From positions 124,001-188,000 of the forward strand of contig JADIIX010000003.1 of assembly GCA_027604505.1 (NCBI GenBank): a DNA stretch of 64,000 bases, given 5' to 3'. A model generated the notes under the pieces. It ran no database searches and was not told the DNA's origin. It was given only the letters and a program-made list of their open reading frames with translations. Shown here piece after piece: positions 38,112-51,287 of this stretch (position 1 is its first letter; every line of letters begins with the position of its first letter). The position numbers were made by a program, and so were the translations under genes. Origin of the DNA: Gonapodya sp. JEL0774 (taxonomy: Eukaryota).

Positions 38112-41100
38112 ATGGCCTTCCGCTTCAACTGGCCCCGCTTCGACGCCTCCTTCGTTGACCGCGCTGCAGAGCAGCTTGAGCGCGCGCTGAACAGGGAGGG
38201 GGAGGGGAGGCCCAGTAAGATTGCCGGGAGGATTGAGGTGAAGGAGATGGATTTGGGGACGAGGGTGAGTTGGTTATGCGAGGATGCGGGTAACGGGAAG
38301 TGCTAGAGTACGCCGTGCGAGTCTGCAGTAAGAAAGAAGTTGCCGGATGTTTTGTGAGTGGGAAGAGCCTTGCACGCACGACACACCATGAAGGCACCAG
38401 AGATGGGGAGCATAGCATTCACACTCGGCAATCTCGCATCTTAATTCTCATTGTGCTCTTCTCCCACCGTTCTATGTCTCCCGTTACCAACACGCACCAA
38501 CTCATCACTCCCTCGATTTTCGAACCCACATCTCCCTCAGCCCCCAGAGCTTGAAATGCTTGAAATTGGTGAACTCACCGATGAGAAATTTCGGGGAATT
38601 TTCAAATTGACATACGCCGGGGATGCTTTTTTGATATTGCAGACCAAGGTCCAGGTATGTGGCTACTTCATTGCGTAGACGGAAGCGGGGAGCAACAGGT
38701 GCAGAACTATTCGTCGAGGAGAGACGAAATAAGTGAATGAGTACGGTGGAGCTGCTGGCTTGGAGACATCAGGAGGGTACCGCGGTGACGGGCACTCACA
38801 TGCCCCTGCCCCTGTCATCCCAGGCAAATCCCCTCCAACCGCACAAACCCACCCACCCACGGACTCTCCGCCCCCGCTCGCAGCCTCTCGCTGCATCTGC
38901 TCCACTTTTGGTCCCCATGACACTGCGCATTTCCCAGCTGCGCCTCCGTGGAATTGCAGCACTCGTTGTGGACCGACACAAGGGGGTGACCTTGTCCTTC
39001 AAAACCGACCCTTTGGAGTCCGTGTCGGTATCGTCTTCGTTCGATGGAGTGGATAACGTCCGGAGATTTTTGCAAGGACTGATCGAACAGCAACTGCGCA
39101 AACTATTTGCGGACGATTTACCCAATTTGATTCACGGCATGAGTCTGCAGATGATGGTAGCCCAACAGCAAAAGCAACAACATCAAAATGGTAATGGAGC
39201 CGCACATGTGAATGGCAACGGCCACGTGCCTCATTCCCCAATCCCGTCTTCTGTTCACCACCCGTACTCCGCCGCGACTTCGGAATTTATCCAAGCTGAC
39301 ATGCCCTCCACCACATTTGATCGTCTCGCACGGGAAGCGCGCCGTGCCGATGCCCGCCGCCGTGGCGTTCCCGTACCCGACTCCCTGGACGATTCAGGGG
39401 GTTCAGACGAATCGGAAGGAGGTTCGGTCGCGGGGGAACGGAGTGGAGGCAGGATGGGACTTGGACACGTGCCGGTGGTTCAACATGGTGGCGCAGGCTC
39501 TGTATCAGGGTCCATCGCTTCTGTACACACAGCGAATGGAGGCTCAGGATCAGGGTCTGGGTCCACATCGGCGTCGACCTCACCGCGGCTTGCACCGTCG
39601 CTTGATAGCGGATTCTTTGGGGATATCGCAGCGGATGCAGAACGCTATTACTTTCACACTCCACCCCTACCTGTCGCTGAACCCGTCCCTGCCCGCGCAT
39701 TACCACTCAACCTGCCCGCATCGCTTGCGCCTCAGTCGTCCTCGTCTGCGCAATCCGGTGCACATGAGCGTTGGTGGTCTGCGAACGCCCCGAGTGGTCC
39801 TCCCGTCCCGAACGTGATACCCTCCAACGACTCTCGGCGGTGGTCTGCGCGTTGGGCGGGTAATGAACCGTGGGAAGCTCTTTTAGAGCTCGGGGATACA
39901 GCTGCGGGTGGCGGGGTGGACAGAGGGGAGTATGTTTTGTACAGGGGATTGAATTCCGCGCTGGCGAGGTCCGTCAGGGGGAAGGGCAAGGGTAGAGCAT
40001 CGGGATGGGGATCGGGAGGAAGGCAGGTGGGCACAGGCAAGACAGTAGGATTACTGGTTCCGGGACCGGGAGAGGGGTTGGCCTCTGTGGGTGATTTGAT
40101 GGAGCATTTAGAGTTTCCGGCAGCGTTATCGAGGGCTCAAGTGGCAGGATTGAGAAGGAGAGGGAGTGGGGGGCGCGATGGGAGTGAAGGAGGCATGATG
40201 CGAACAATTAGCGGGGATGGATTGTGGGCTGTGGGAGCAGACAAAAAGTGCCTTGAATCCGGAAGTGAAACGGCTTCTGAAGCATGGAGTGCCGGTCACC
40301 GGCATCAACGGTCGCATGGGAGCTCCGGAGGTTCAAAGGAGTCTTATCACCACAGTCACCACACAGTGTCGAGCCCTGTATCCCCAGGGATGTCCTACGC
40401 CTCACTGGCCAGCCATCACCGTGTCAATTCCTTTCCACAACTTGCAGCTGCTGTTGCAAGGCAGAACATCGATTCCACTGAGTATCCCTTCACCCTCCGA
40501 ATTGCCGCCGCGCACGGATCCTCCACATCCGCATGGCGATATGTGAGACCGCTACATCCACCCATTCGACGACCGAGGACACCTTTTCTCATTGAAGAGG
40601 GACAGAGTGCAGAGATGGACATGAGTCGACCGGTTGTACTGTCGGTCACCTCTGAGCCCGCAGTTCACCTTGCCAACCTGTGCTCATCGCCGCTAACCAT
40701 TTTTCCGCATACCATATTGCCGGACTATGTCGCATACCGCACCAGACCTCGGCCCCCGGGCCGAAAGGGTACCATGCACAGTACACCAGCAAGCCCTCCA
40801 AGTGAAGATCAGCGTGTGGGAGGCCTGGCTGGGACTCAGCGTACTACTCCTGTTGCTCGTCGCATCCGTCGAGTCAAGTTGCATGCCACCACCCTGCCGG
40901 GCATTGGTTTGTGGCCCTCGACATCGCCGAGCACTAAGACCTCACCAAGTCGATCAAAGTCGTCGGCCATTCGGCCCGTTGGTGTCAGTGCGAGCGCAAT
41001 TTCGGCGAGCGAGACTGAGGAAGGGTCCGAAGGTGGCTCTGAGTGGGACGGGATGGGCTCTGTCAAGTCTGAACCAGCGATGGGAAGATCTGCCGATCAA

Positions 41101-41526
41101 ATGCGAGAATGGAGAAATGGTGCTATGACTGTTAGTGGAGATGAGGTTGGCGGTATGGCTGGCGTTGCGAGGATGGTGTTTCCAATATCACCCGTCGGGG
41201 TGGGTCACCCTCATGGACTTCCACCAGTGGTGACACCACCTCGGATGCCTACTCCCAGATCGTCAATGGCCTCTCCGCCTCCCGTTCCCCTTGTGAGGTC
41301 ACCATTGTCGGCGTACGGTGCAGGGCTAGCCATGTCCCTCCAACATTCGATTGCCGCGCCGATAGCCGCGCAGTTGTCAACATCATCACCGGCAGTGGTG
41401 ATGAGTGGAGGTATCGCAGCTGGGGAGAGTCGGCCGAGGAGCCGAACGGGGTCAGTAGTTTCTTCTGGGAGTGGGCAACTTCGGCGGGCAGGAGGTGGCA
41501 GTGTCGCGGAGGTTTGGGTGCGATAG
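38112..41526 (+). CDS. MDM34: ERMES complex subunit Mdm34 (SMP domain) with very long disordered C-terminus
   Basis: [10 protein letters not shown]...[48 protein letters not shown]...[22 protein letters not shown]. Confidence 0.95.
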
Positions 41527-42805
41527 CCGGCCTGGAAGGATCATTTGAGCTCGGAGTCATAGCTACTATCATATTGCATGGTCAACCAAACCCATTTTTC
41601 TATTTTCACTGCTGTATAGTTGAACAAATATCACTATGAATCTGACGAGCGTGCAATTTCAAGACTCGAAACCTAGAGCGGGGCGTAAACAGAACAGCAG
41701 AACTTTACATTCCAAAGTAGAGGTGAAATTACATATATGCAAAGGAAGCGAGTACGTTCAATTCGATAATTTGCTCTCCAACAGTGACCCCGATTTGTCC
41801 GTTCCTAAAGCTCCCATCACACTTTTGCGGGAAACAATCCCTTCCATATGTCCCATCCATAGTTTCTGTTCAAGTTGTTCGTACTTCCCTGTAGGAAATT
41901 GGATGTATTCGTCCCCGATGCAGCAGCGACAGCAAGGGTCGCGGCGCTGCTCGTTCGTGCGTTGTTGATGGAATTCGAGGAATCACACTGCCTCGAACGT
42001 GAACGTGGCGCCGAGCTTTGAATCAGCAGAGACTTCATTGGAATTGACAATCGAGGAAGATATCCTGTAAGCGAAGATAGCTTAGTGCGCCCAGTACTCA
42101 CTTGCTTCTGAGCAGAAGGGCTCCGCGAACAGCGTCCTGTATGAAAGTTCGATTAACAATGTTAGGCATTGGTCGGATAGAGAGAGAAGATCAAGTACTA
42201 TCGCGACATGATCCGAAGGATCAACAGCTCACCATGGTTCCCGGTTTATAACCGGCGTTTTGGTAGGTTCTTTTTGGCCGAAACGGGTTACATGGTCAAG
42301 TAGTAAGTGCCTCCTCCACGTGAGCCCCCACACTCCTCGAATTCACAATCGCACACCGAGATTTATTAGCAAACCTTCCCGCAAAGTAAAATGAACTGCT
42401 TAGACCGACCACATTCTGACCCTGCTAATTCTGTCAACCTGCGGGCTTCATCTCTCCACGTCTTTGAAGAAGCTTAAGTACGTCACCCAAAGACTCAAAG
42501 AATCTGAACACATGGCCCTGCCCAGCCAGCCCAATCCAGACTGGGCAAGCCTGGTTGATACGCCGATGCCCGGACACCCCTGCGAAAGCTGCAGAGTGGG
42601 ATCTGCACGATTCAAGGAAACTCACACAAACGGTTCAAGGAAAATTTCCATAACAGAACAGGGTTAGGCGTATGTTGTACCCCGAGGAAGAAGAGGATGG
42701 TACTGCCGACTTGATTTAGAAAAATGAATTGTGCATAGTTTACAGTGATAGTTTACAGTGAAGAACGAAAAACAAAGACATCTAGATATCTATGCAAGAG
42801 TTCCA

Positions 42806-45800
42806 TCAAATACGCTGCAAAATAGTGCAATGTAAAAGGTGCTGATCCTTCAACCTCTTCACGTTTTCGAAATCTGAGCTGCTTTCGATCTTTCCTCCAT
42901 TTCTCCCTTCTCCAGAAGTTGTTCCACTCCCCGTCCGCTCCCGCAATTCCCCATCCACGTTACAGTCTCGAACTCTAGATCGCATCAGGGGTGTGGTGTT
43001 GCCAGATCGCTTCTTTGGTGGTCTATTCTCTTGGTCCACAACGCCATCAGTGTTGTCCCGTTTTCGCTTGTTGATTTTCTTGAGCTTCCTCTCTCGCTGC
43101 CGTTTCAGGGTCAAGAGGTCAAATACAACACGATAATCGTAGATTGAGATTGATCGTTCTTGTGCGACTCCCTTGACATCGCTAGAGACACCTCTACGTC
43201 AGCAGCTTCGGTGCTAAACAGATACACAAAAGCATTACGTACCGCATTCTCGGCAGCGCCCACTCAATAAGTTTCTCCACCTCGTCCTTGCCTTCAACAA
43301 GCAGGACTCCATTGTGCCTCTGAGTAACCCACACCCCACAACCCGCGCCATATAGCACCGTTACAGGTGAGACGATGTTCAACTGGAGCTCTTTGCATGC
43401 CTGGGAGAACCGTAATCGCTCATTGCTTGTGAGAGCTGTGACTTGGCCGAAGCTGTAATTCGCTTCCATAAACGCGTCCAAAGTGCAAAGAAGGTCATCT
43501 GAGAAGCTAGAGATCCCAGGTTGTGGTTGCGGGACAATGGTCGCGTTCTCGAGATCAGTAGAATTAAAGACCATGGGTTTAATAGGAACTTTGAGAGACT
43601 GATGAGGAGAAAGGATCTGTGACGGCGATTCTTCACCAAAGTCGATGGAAGGGCAAACTAAGGAGGACGAAGCTTCCATGGGATCACGGTTTGCCATGTC
43701 GTAGCGCGGGGCAAGCACCGCTCCGCGATCGTAAGATTTGTTCATAGACAGAGGAATGGGGCTGGGGCTCATGCAAATAACAGTCGAGGGAGATTTAATC
43801 ATTTGAGAGGCTTGCGAACTGCTGATTTCCGTGGGTGCTTGGAGTATCTCCGATGTCAGCCCACCCCCATGGGCATCCGATTGGTTCGCTGAGTCAAAGA
43901 GAACAAAAGCGTCCAAAGGTGCAGGAGGTTGAAGAAGTTCAAGGGGGAGTGGGGGAGAGACTACTTCGCCGGTGTGAGTTGAGGTGTTGGTATTTGTTGT
44001 GGTATAAGATTCGCCATTTATGTAAGGCTGTGCAGCTTTGGCATACAGTGGCATCCGGTCGATTACTTTCTCGATAGCAGAATCGTGGTCCCACGATGTA
44101 GCTGGTTTGTCGAACTTCGAGGCTATCTCAGCAGTCTCTTGCAGCTCGTCAAAACCGAGAACATGATTACCCGGTTCGCGCCAGTCCACTTCGGTCCTCA
44201 GCTTCACAATTTTAGGAAAGCGTACGGTCCAGAAGTCAGTTTTACGGGAATGACTACGAGACTGATTAAGGCCATCTGTGAGGGCCAAATGACCGAGACA
44301 GATTCCGACCGACAAACCTTGAGAAATCCGGGTGCCGATCCTTCGATTTCCACAACAAATGGGTCTTGAAAAAAGAAATGGATGCCAGATCTCGAGGAAT
44401 CACACATATGAACGACATCATAACTTAGTTTCGACGTATCAATGCTGTCCACCTTTCGCGTTGACCTCCATATCCTATCCTTGTCCGATTTCAAGACACC
44501 ATAGTCTGTGTGGAAGACGATGGCGAAGCGAGGTCGATCGCCCTGGGGGAGCAGAAGGAGATGCGGTGAGACTCCAGATCAGAATTATTGCTCACCCTAA
44601 ACGTGTCTAACCTTTGTGCAAACGTTCTTCTTGTTCAACAAAGCTCCAATAAACATCCTTTCTGGAAAGTCTTTGATTGCATGCTGTCGCTCGCTCGAAC
44701 TCCCGGCATTTCCAAACGCTCTCGCAGCCCTGTTCTTGTCCTTCAAATCACGGCTGCTCAGCCACCCACATCCGATCACACAGAGATCGATGGTGTCTCC
44801 CAACCCGGCGACATAGTTGGTTTTGAGCTTATACCAAGCCCCCACAGTTCCTGGTTCGTATGCACCGTTGGAAGGCTTCAGGACGATTCCTTCTTGTTTC
44901 CGGGCAATTACTTCGGCAAAATACTGCTCAATATGCCTCGATACGGCTTGCACATTTCGGTCTTGGAGAGGGTCTAGGACATTTTTGGGAAGTGGAAAGT
45001 TTCGCTTCTCCGCAATGTGAATGTAATTCGTGATCGGGTGCACGAGACATTCGAGAAGAGCACGCCGAGCAGTGTACGGGAGAGAGAGCACTGGGAACGA
45101 GTTGAGGACCAGGACGTCAAAGATGATAAGGTAATAGTGGCGATTTCCTGACATAATGTCGGGACTTGATTTTATGACGAGCAATGTATGAGTCTTTGAT
45201 CGAAGACAAGGTATGAAACAACACCCACTGATATTTGAAGTCGGCGTGATCCCTCAGCACAGTCGTCATCGTCTCGATAGTGTTGGTTCTATCATTGTAG
45301 CCCAGTAGCTCGCCATCAAAAACCACGTTCCGCAAAGCCCCGTCCTTCCCTCCACTCGATCGTGCAAGCCCAAGTCTTTCCACCAGTCCAAGTTCGGCAG
45401 CCTTCCGAGACAACAGTACACTTGGACGCTGTGCTCGCTTTACCAGTTCGGAAGCCTTGCGGGCGATTTTCTCGTCTACGGCGAGAGTCGCGAGGGTTTT
45501 CGGGGAGATACCGATACCAGCGAGGATTATATGGTGGGAACGGAAGCGGTCGAAGCTGTGTACGGGTGGGGTAGAGGGTAAAGAGTGGTTGGGTAGATGT
45601 AGGGATGACAAAATTGCCCAGAGATTCGTATCTCATTGCAAACCTACGTCGAATTGCGGCCAGATTTACTCCATATCTGCAGAGTTTTCACGGGATCCGT
45701 CGCTTCCAAATCCACATGGATCTGACATCGCTCCCCGTCATATTTCAACTCTGCCACGATCTCATCTACTCCATGCATGACCGACCGCTCAATGGCTATG

Positions 45801-47009
45801 GCTCTTGCTGCATTCTCGGGGCGGTCAAGACCAAGCCCTCCGTAAGCTTCTGCAACTCGGGGGTGAAGCTTGACGGCACATAATTCGGCCACGGCACGGA
45901 CGACGCTATGGCCACGCCGGGCTTCGGCTATGGGAGGAAAGCTGAAGGTGGGCCGAACCAATGTCACGCTGTGCAGAGAAGACGCGAAAAATTCACCTGG
46001 TTTGACGGGGTTGCCGACCTGCGGCGGGAACCATCGCGCGCGGAACTCCAAAAATAGGGGTGTTGGTAGGAGTGACTCTTTCGCGAAGGCGGCCGGCAAG
46101 AGTCGGTCGCCCTCAACTCGCATGAGATCCACAATGGCGCAAGACGATTTGAGGTCGAATCGAGTCTGGTAAACTGCATGGAGAAACTTGGGCTCCAGGA
46201 GGCGAAGCATCCACCAGTCGACAGACGTCGCGAACGGGAAATGAGCTTCCTTCAAGATGATGCGGGTCAACCACTTCGCCTCCATAGGTCCGAGATCCTC
46301 GTACAAAGCACGAATAATCTGTGTTCGAGTTTCCATAGCCTTTGGTGCGATAGTCCCATCCCCAAATAGGTTGGAAAAGGACGAGTGGGTCGCTAAGAGG
46401 TCGAGGAGAGTATTCACTCGCTTGTTGGTTTTGATGGACGCTCCGTGGGGACGTTCTGCAGCCCAGTAGAGGGACACAATCCGTGACAAATCGCCATCGT
46501 GCCATGAGCCTGGGGTTTTCCATTCTTGAAGGGGATTTGCCTTTCGCTTATCACCGTTGAAAATGCCTGTATAGATGAGGTCTGATTTGGAATTCTTGAG
46601 TATGAGAGTCAGCAGTCTCCACGAAGAGCGTTATTGGGTCCCACCTGCTAAAGTCGTCTCCTTAATTTGATAACGTCGACGTACGTCTCCGAACTAGAAA
46701 GAAAAAGCGTGTAACGTGACGTGTTGGGACTGTCCGAGTGATTCTCCAATCATTCGATCGATGCCAGTCACCCACCGGACAAATGAGACTCATAATCTCA
46801 TACGTCGTCTCCCAATCGTTTCCTCGGTCGGCTGATCGGACCCATTGATTCCCTCCGATGGCATAACGGCGAACCCACTCGGACAGAAACGTTCGCGCCG
46901 CGTTCCGGATGATGGAGTCGGAATATCCCTTTGTATACGCGATCTCAAAATCCTCTAAGTTTTTGCAGACGAAAGAAAACGAAGGAATGGGATGGATCGA
47001 GGGAGCCAT
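42806..47009 (-). CDS. ATP-dependent DNA ligase, ligase IV-related fungal type, no BRCT domains evident
   Basis: Motif I ELKYDGERCQIH, FDGELL, IIFDVL, EGIVLKP, WYKLKTNY..GLGDTIDL, OB-fold VVEIEGSA and WTVRFPKIVKLR; ends in a basic low-complexity tail. Confidence 0.88.
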
Positions 47010-47182
47010 CTGGTTGCATGTTTGTGGTGCCCAGTTGACTCGTTGAAGTATGCAAAAAGTTATTTCTCTATGTGGAACCAGTTGGTGCACACGGCCGGAC
47101 CTCTCACTGACATGACAGCCGCCTGCACGTTGATATGTATGCAAGTACCAAGTTGAGAAATTTGTGTCCAAATTCAACATTG

Positions 47183-48066
47183 TCATTCAATCCTAGTGTT
47201 GGGAGCAGAAATATTCCCCCCCAACCGGATCCCCCAGTCCTCTGCCCACTTGGCAACGTCGAGCTTCTTTCTCTCGTGTGGTGGTTGGCTTTTAAACATT
47301 TTCTCTCTTTTGTGGCGATAAAGAAGAAATATGTACCTGGTTCGGACACACGTGCGGAAACGGTTCGTCTGGAACCCATGCACAGAAGCCTAGAAGATCG
47401 AGAATACCCATCGCACCTGTGAAGTCCAGTTCCGCTCGGTGGAGCGGGTCCCATGTACTTCATGAGCTCCTTATTTCCCAGGCTCTCGTCTGCAGCGATC
47501 CCACTGCCTATGTATGGTTGAGTGGTATTGATAGTGTACATACGCAATATAGGACATGCAACGAACCAGTCACGTTCCCGACGACCCAATGGGTGTACTG
47601 GGCATTTTTGGGCTCCTTGCGTGATGGGGCGTCGGGATCTGAAACAAGTTTCACAAGTGACGTCAGCTTACACCAGTGGGATATGCACCCAATACTCACC
47701 AACTATGGCCAGAGTGTACCGAGTTCTAATAAATTAATTGCTTGCGGTCAGTGAGTCAATTGATATTGATGTTCTCCCCAACGCTCCCACCCTTCGCTGC
47801 TCCAACCACGCAGGTGAGCGCCGATTCACCCACTGTCGGTGCTCGAATCTTTCCACGTAACGCGAGGTTGAGCGTGCGTTTCTTGAAACTAAGACTTCAA
47901 TACAGAATTTTCGGATGACGTGTGTGTGCATGACATCGTGTTCACCGGATGGTCTCAACTCGTTTCCTAGCGACACAAGGTGGGACACATATTCGATGAA
48001 AAGGTCCACCGTCGCTTCAATATTAGGGATCACTGTTGAGAAGAAAGGGAAACGCTGAGATGCCAT
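47183..48066 (-). CDS. Phosphatidylethanolamine-binding protein (PEBP/RKIP family)
   Basis: VSLGNELRP, YTLAIVDPDAPSR, YTHWVVGNV, YMGPAPPSGTGLHR|YIFLLY. Confidence 0.92.
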
Positions 48067-48527
48067 TGATAGGTTGATGAGGAGAAAATTGGCAGCGCTT
48101 TACGTACCATCTGTGAGAATTCTTGCTTTCTCGAAAGCAGATTTTACTTTTGCTGCCTGTGTCACTCTGATTGCTGAAGATGTGATGGGATTGAGTTGGA
48201 CCCCCGCAGGACAGAATTTCCGGCACTGGGACACCATGCAGTTCCGGGTTCTGGAGGAAGCTTCCACGGGTTTCCAATTGCAGTCTGAACCTTCGCCGGC
48301 ATCACAAAACCCAAAGCGACCTCAAATCAATTCCAAAATTACCTTATCGTTGAGTCGCCTTTGAGTTGGACGGAGCTCCGAGGTAAGAATTCACAATCGC
48401 ATACTCGAGATCTCGTCGGGTTCTTAGGAATCGTCAACTCCACCGACTCACTTTTACCACCTTCTGCACACGGTGACTCCACTTTTCGCGCCATCATCTT
48501 TGTACTCGTCAGCATCGTTCGATCTGA

Positions 48528-49982
48528 ATGGCTAGCGTCCTTTCTCAACCGTCTTCCCGATTCCCGTTTGCTCACATGGGCAGCCAGAGCCACGCATCCC
48601 ATGCATGGAATCCACAGCCGAATCAACCACCCTTTTCGCACTTTCCAAGTCCCATCGCTACTCGCAGACGAAAATACAACGAGATTTCAGACGACTCGTC
48701 GGATTCGTCCCCGTCGGATACACCTCGGAGCCCACTGCGATCCTCAGGATCACCAGCTCTCCAAGATGACCGTTTTGCGCTCCCGATCGAAGAAATGGAT
48801 GCAATCTCTTTTACTCCGTCGTCGAAACGACCCAAACTTGAACAGACCTTGTATTCTGTGACCGAACCCGTCTCGGAGTCCTTGTTCGGGCGACATCGCA
48901 TGCAACCCCAGAGCGGCACGTCTGTTCGATCACACCAACATACAAGCTCACACGGCTCTGCGTTCCCGGCGGGTTCGTTTCATGCTGCACCGGGTGCTTC
49001 TGGGCACAAACGTCACCGCACAGATGACGAGGACGACGACATCGCGCACGGTCTCGAAGCTAGGCCGGGCACAGCAACAGATGGCTCACTTGAGCCGGGC
49101 GTGATTTACTCCCATGTCGAGGGTGACGGTACTCCTGGAGCTGGAGCTGGAGTCAATGCCTCAGTGACCCCACCTCGCGGTAAGCGGGCACGGACCTCGC
49201 GCACCTCGACTTCCCCTACCGCCGAGAGGACATCTACTGGTGTTGTTATCGAGGATGTGACCGATCAGGATTGGGCACACGGTCACCCCACCACGGTCGG
49301 TGTTGTCACATCGCCAAGTGGGAGAATTGGCACCGCTGTGCACAACAACGGCGAGAGTAACAACACACTTTGGGAGACCGCGCGTGTGGTCGAGCTGGAC
49401 AGTAGCGACTACCGGGCAGACGATACTACACCTTTGGAGATCGGACCTCACCCTCACCCACCCCTTGGATTCTCTTCACCTCATTCAACCACGATTCATT
49501 GGCCCACTCGGTATTCCGACCCTCCGACCCCTCAACCATCCCACACGTCTAACTATCCTCTTGTCAACCGTGCATCTAGTGACTTTTCTGACGTTTCGGA
49601 ACCCACTGCAGAGGACTTCTCTACCTCACTCGTTCCAGTCCTCCGCCGCCCCGAAACATCCCAGCCACCACCACCGGTATTCCGGATCGATGTTCTTTCC
49701 GACGCCTGGCGAGCGCGTCAGCGCGAGTGGGAGCTTGGCGACAGGCGCGCGATGCCCGGTATGGAAGCCGGGTTTGGAGGAAAGCGCGGCGAGATGGTCT
49801 TGTTCCGTGGGTCCGCTGGTCCCGTGATCGAGTCGGAGGGTTGGGAAAGGATACCGAACGAAAGGATACAAGAAATAACTGGAGAGGAGGACTTTGACCA
49901 ACCAGGGGAAAGTATGATGGTCGAGGAAGGTTCTGACATGGACGAGCGAGCGGACGTGAGCGGCATGGACTTGGACGACTAA
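48528..49982 (+). CDS. Hypothetical low-complexity Ser/Pro/acidic protein, intronless, 484 aa
   Basis: Single long ORF with NLS-like motifs (RRRK, SKRPKL, HKRHR, GKRAR); no domain recognised. Confidence 0.7.
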   Translation: MASVLSQPSSRFPFAHMGSQSHASHAWNPQPNQPPFSHFPSPIATRRRKYNEISDDSSDSSPSDTPRSPLRSSGSPALQDDRFALPIEEMDAISFTPSSKRPKLEQTLYSVTEPVSESLFGRHRMQPQSGTSVRSHQHTSSHGSAFPAGSFHAAPGASGHKRHRTDDEDDDIAHGLEARPGTATDGSLEPGVIYSHVEGDGTPGAGAGVNASVTPPRGKRARTSRTSTSPTAERTSTGVVIEDVTDQDWAHGHPTTVGVVTSPSGRIGTAVHNNGESNNTLWETARVVELDSSDYRADDTTPLEIGPHPHPPLGFSSPHSTTIHWPTRYSDPPTPQPSHTSNYPLVNRASSDFSDVSEPTAEDFSTSLVPVLRRPETSQPPPPVFRIDVLSDAWRARQREWELGDRRAMPGMEAGFGGKRGEMVLFRGSAGPVIESEGWERIPNERIQEITGEEDFDQPGESMMVEEGSDMDERADVSGMDLDD

Positions 49983-50050
49983 TTGGGTTACTATTACTGT
50001 TCGGGGTGTAGTGATATGCAAATATGTACAGCGTATTGGTAATACCGAAA

Positions 50051-51043
50051 TCAGATTTGATTTTCTGCAACTGAGTGATTGGAACGAGGTATCAGCAGAT
50101 TCGTACACAAAACCGTGGCAATCCCGTGCCTTTCAGCATCATAAGCACACATTGTGCCTCAAAAATGATGTGAATGACTTAGGCAGAGTTCCTTTCGACG
50201 GCCTCTGGGCTGACGTTTCTCCACGCAAGATAAAACCTGCAACAGTCAACTCACTCGGGTTTGCGTGAATCACCACAGCTCTAATCTTTACGTCTTGCAC
50301 AGGTCTGTTCTTTTCATCCACTGGGAGTTTTTCCAGAGCATCCAGGGTGTCCATACCGTCGATAACCTTTCCAAAGACAGTGTATTTGGTGTCCAGCTGG
50401 GACAGCTTGGCGTATGTTATAAAAAATTGACTTCCGTTGGTGTCAGGGCCAGCATTTGCCATTGAAACTATCCCACGGGCATTATGCTTTGTTCGCATGG
50501 TGCGGAAAGGTCCGGAGAGTGGTTGAGACGAGGGGCCAAGCGGACATCAAGGCCCACTCACTTTCAGGGTTGATTTAATCTCATCCTCGAACTTCTTCCC
50601 CCATATCGACGTTCCACCTTTCCCAGTGCCCGTTGGGTCGCCCGTCTGCACCATGAATGCCTTGATGTTTCTGAATCACCCGTGTCACGTGTGATGAGGG
50701 GAAGGAATACGTTTGAAAATGAGTCAGCGATGCTTTATACGGTTCTGGAGGTCGGGAAGGAAGTATACAGCGGAGTTCACATTGAAACTACCGCTGACCT
50801 GGTGAAGAGACCTATAGTACATACCTGTGGAACACGCAGCCATCGTAGTATCCACTCGCGCATAGCGCCAAAAAATTCTCAGCAGTTCGAGGCACAGCCT
50901 CGCAGAAGACTTCGATTTTGATATCGCCCAGATCCGTTTGCAGCGTGACCGACTGATCCCACCATTGACGAGAGAGTGTTCGGCAATGATTTCAGAATGT
51001 CAGGTCCAGTGAAAAGCGGGATGGATGCTCGTTTTCGTACCAT
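50051..51043 (-). CDS. PPIL3: Cyclophilin-type PPIase, PPIL3/Cyp10 class
   Basis: [82 protein letters not shown]. Confidence 0.94.
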
Positions 51044-51287
51044 GACTTTAAAGATTCTTCCCAAGGTCAGAAGAAATATTCAAGTAAGTACGTTGGTTTT
51101 TGAAAGTCTGGTATATGTGCTTGATCGGTGACCATAGCACCAACTTCCCGGTGTCACAAATCTGTCGTTCGGCGCACGATTTCCGATTCCGTCAATAACA
51201 CCACCGATTCATCTATTGGCACTCTCCTTCTAAAATTTGTCTTCTTATCTTCCTGTCTCCGTTCCCATCACGCCTGTTTTGGTTGTA

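Noticed and set aside
41640..42700. Small plus-strand spliced gene
   Set aside because: Splice-like signals and short ORFs are present, but I could not build a coherent model or recognise a family.
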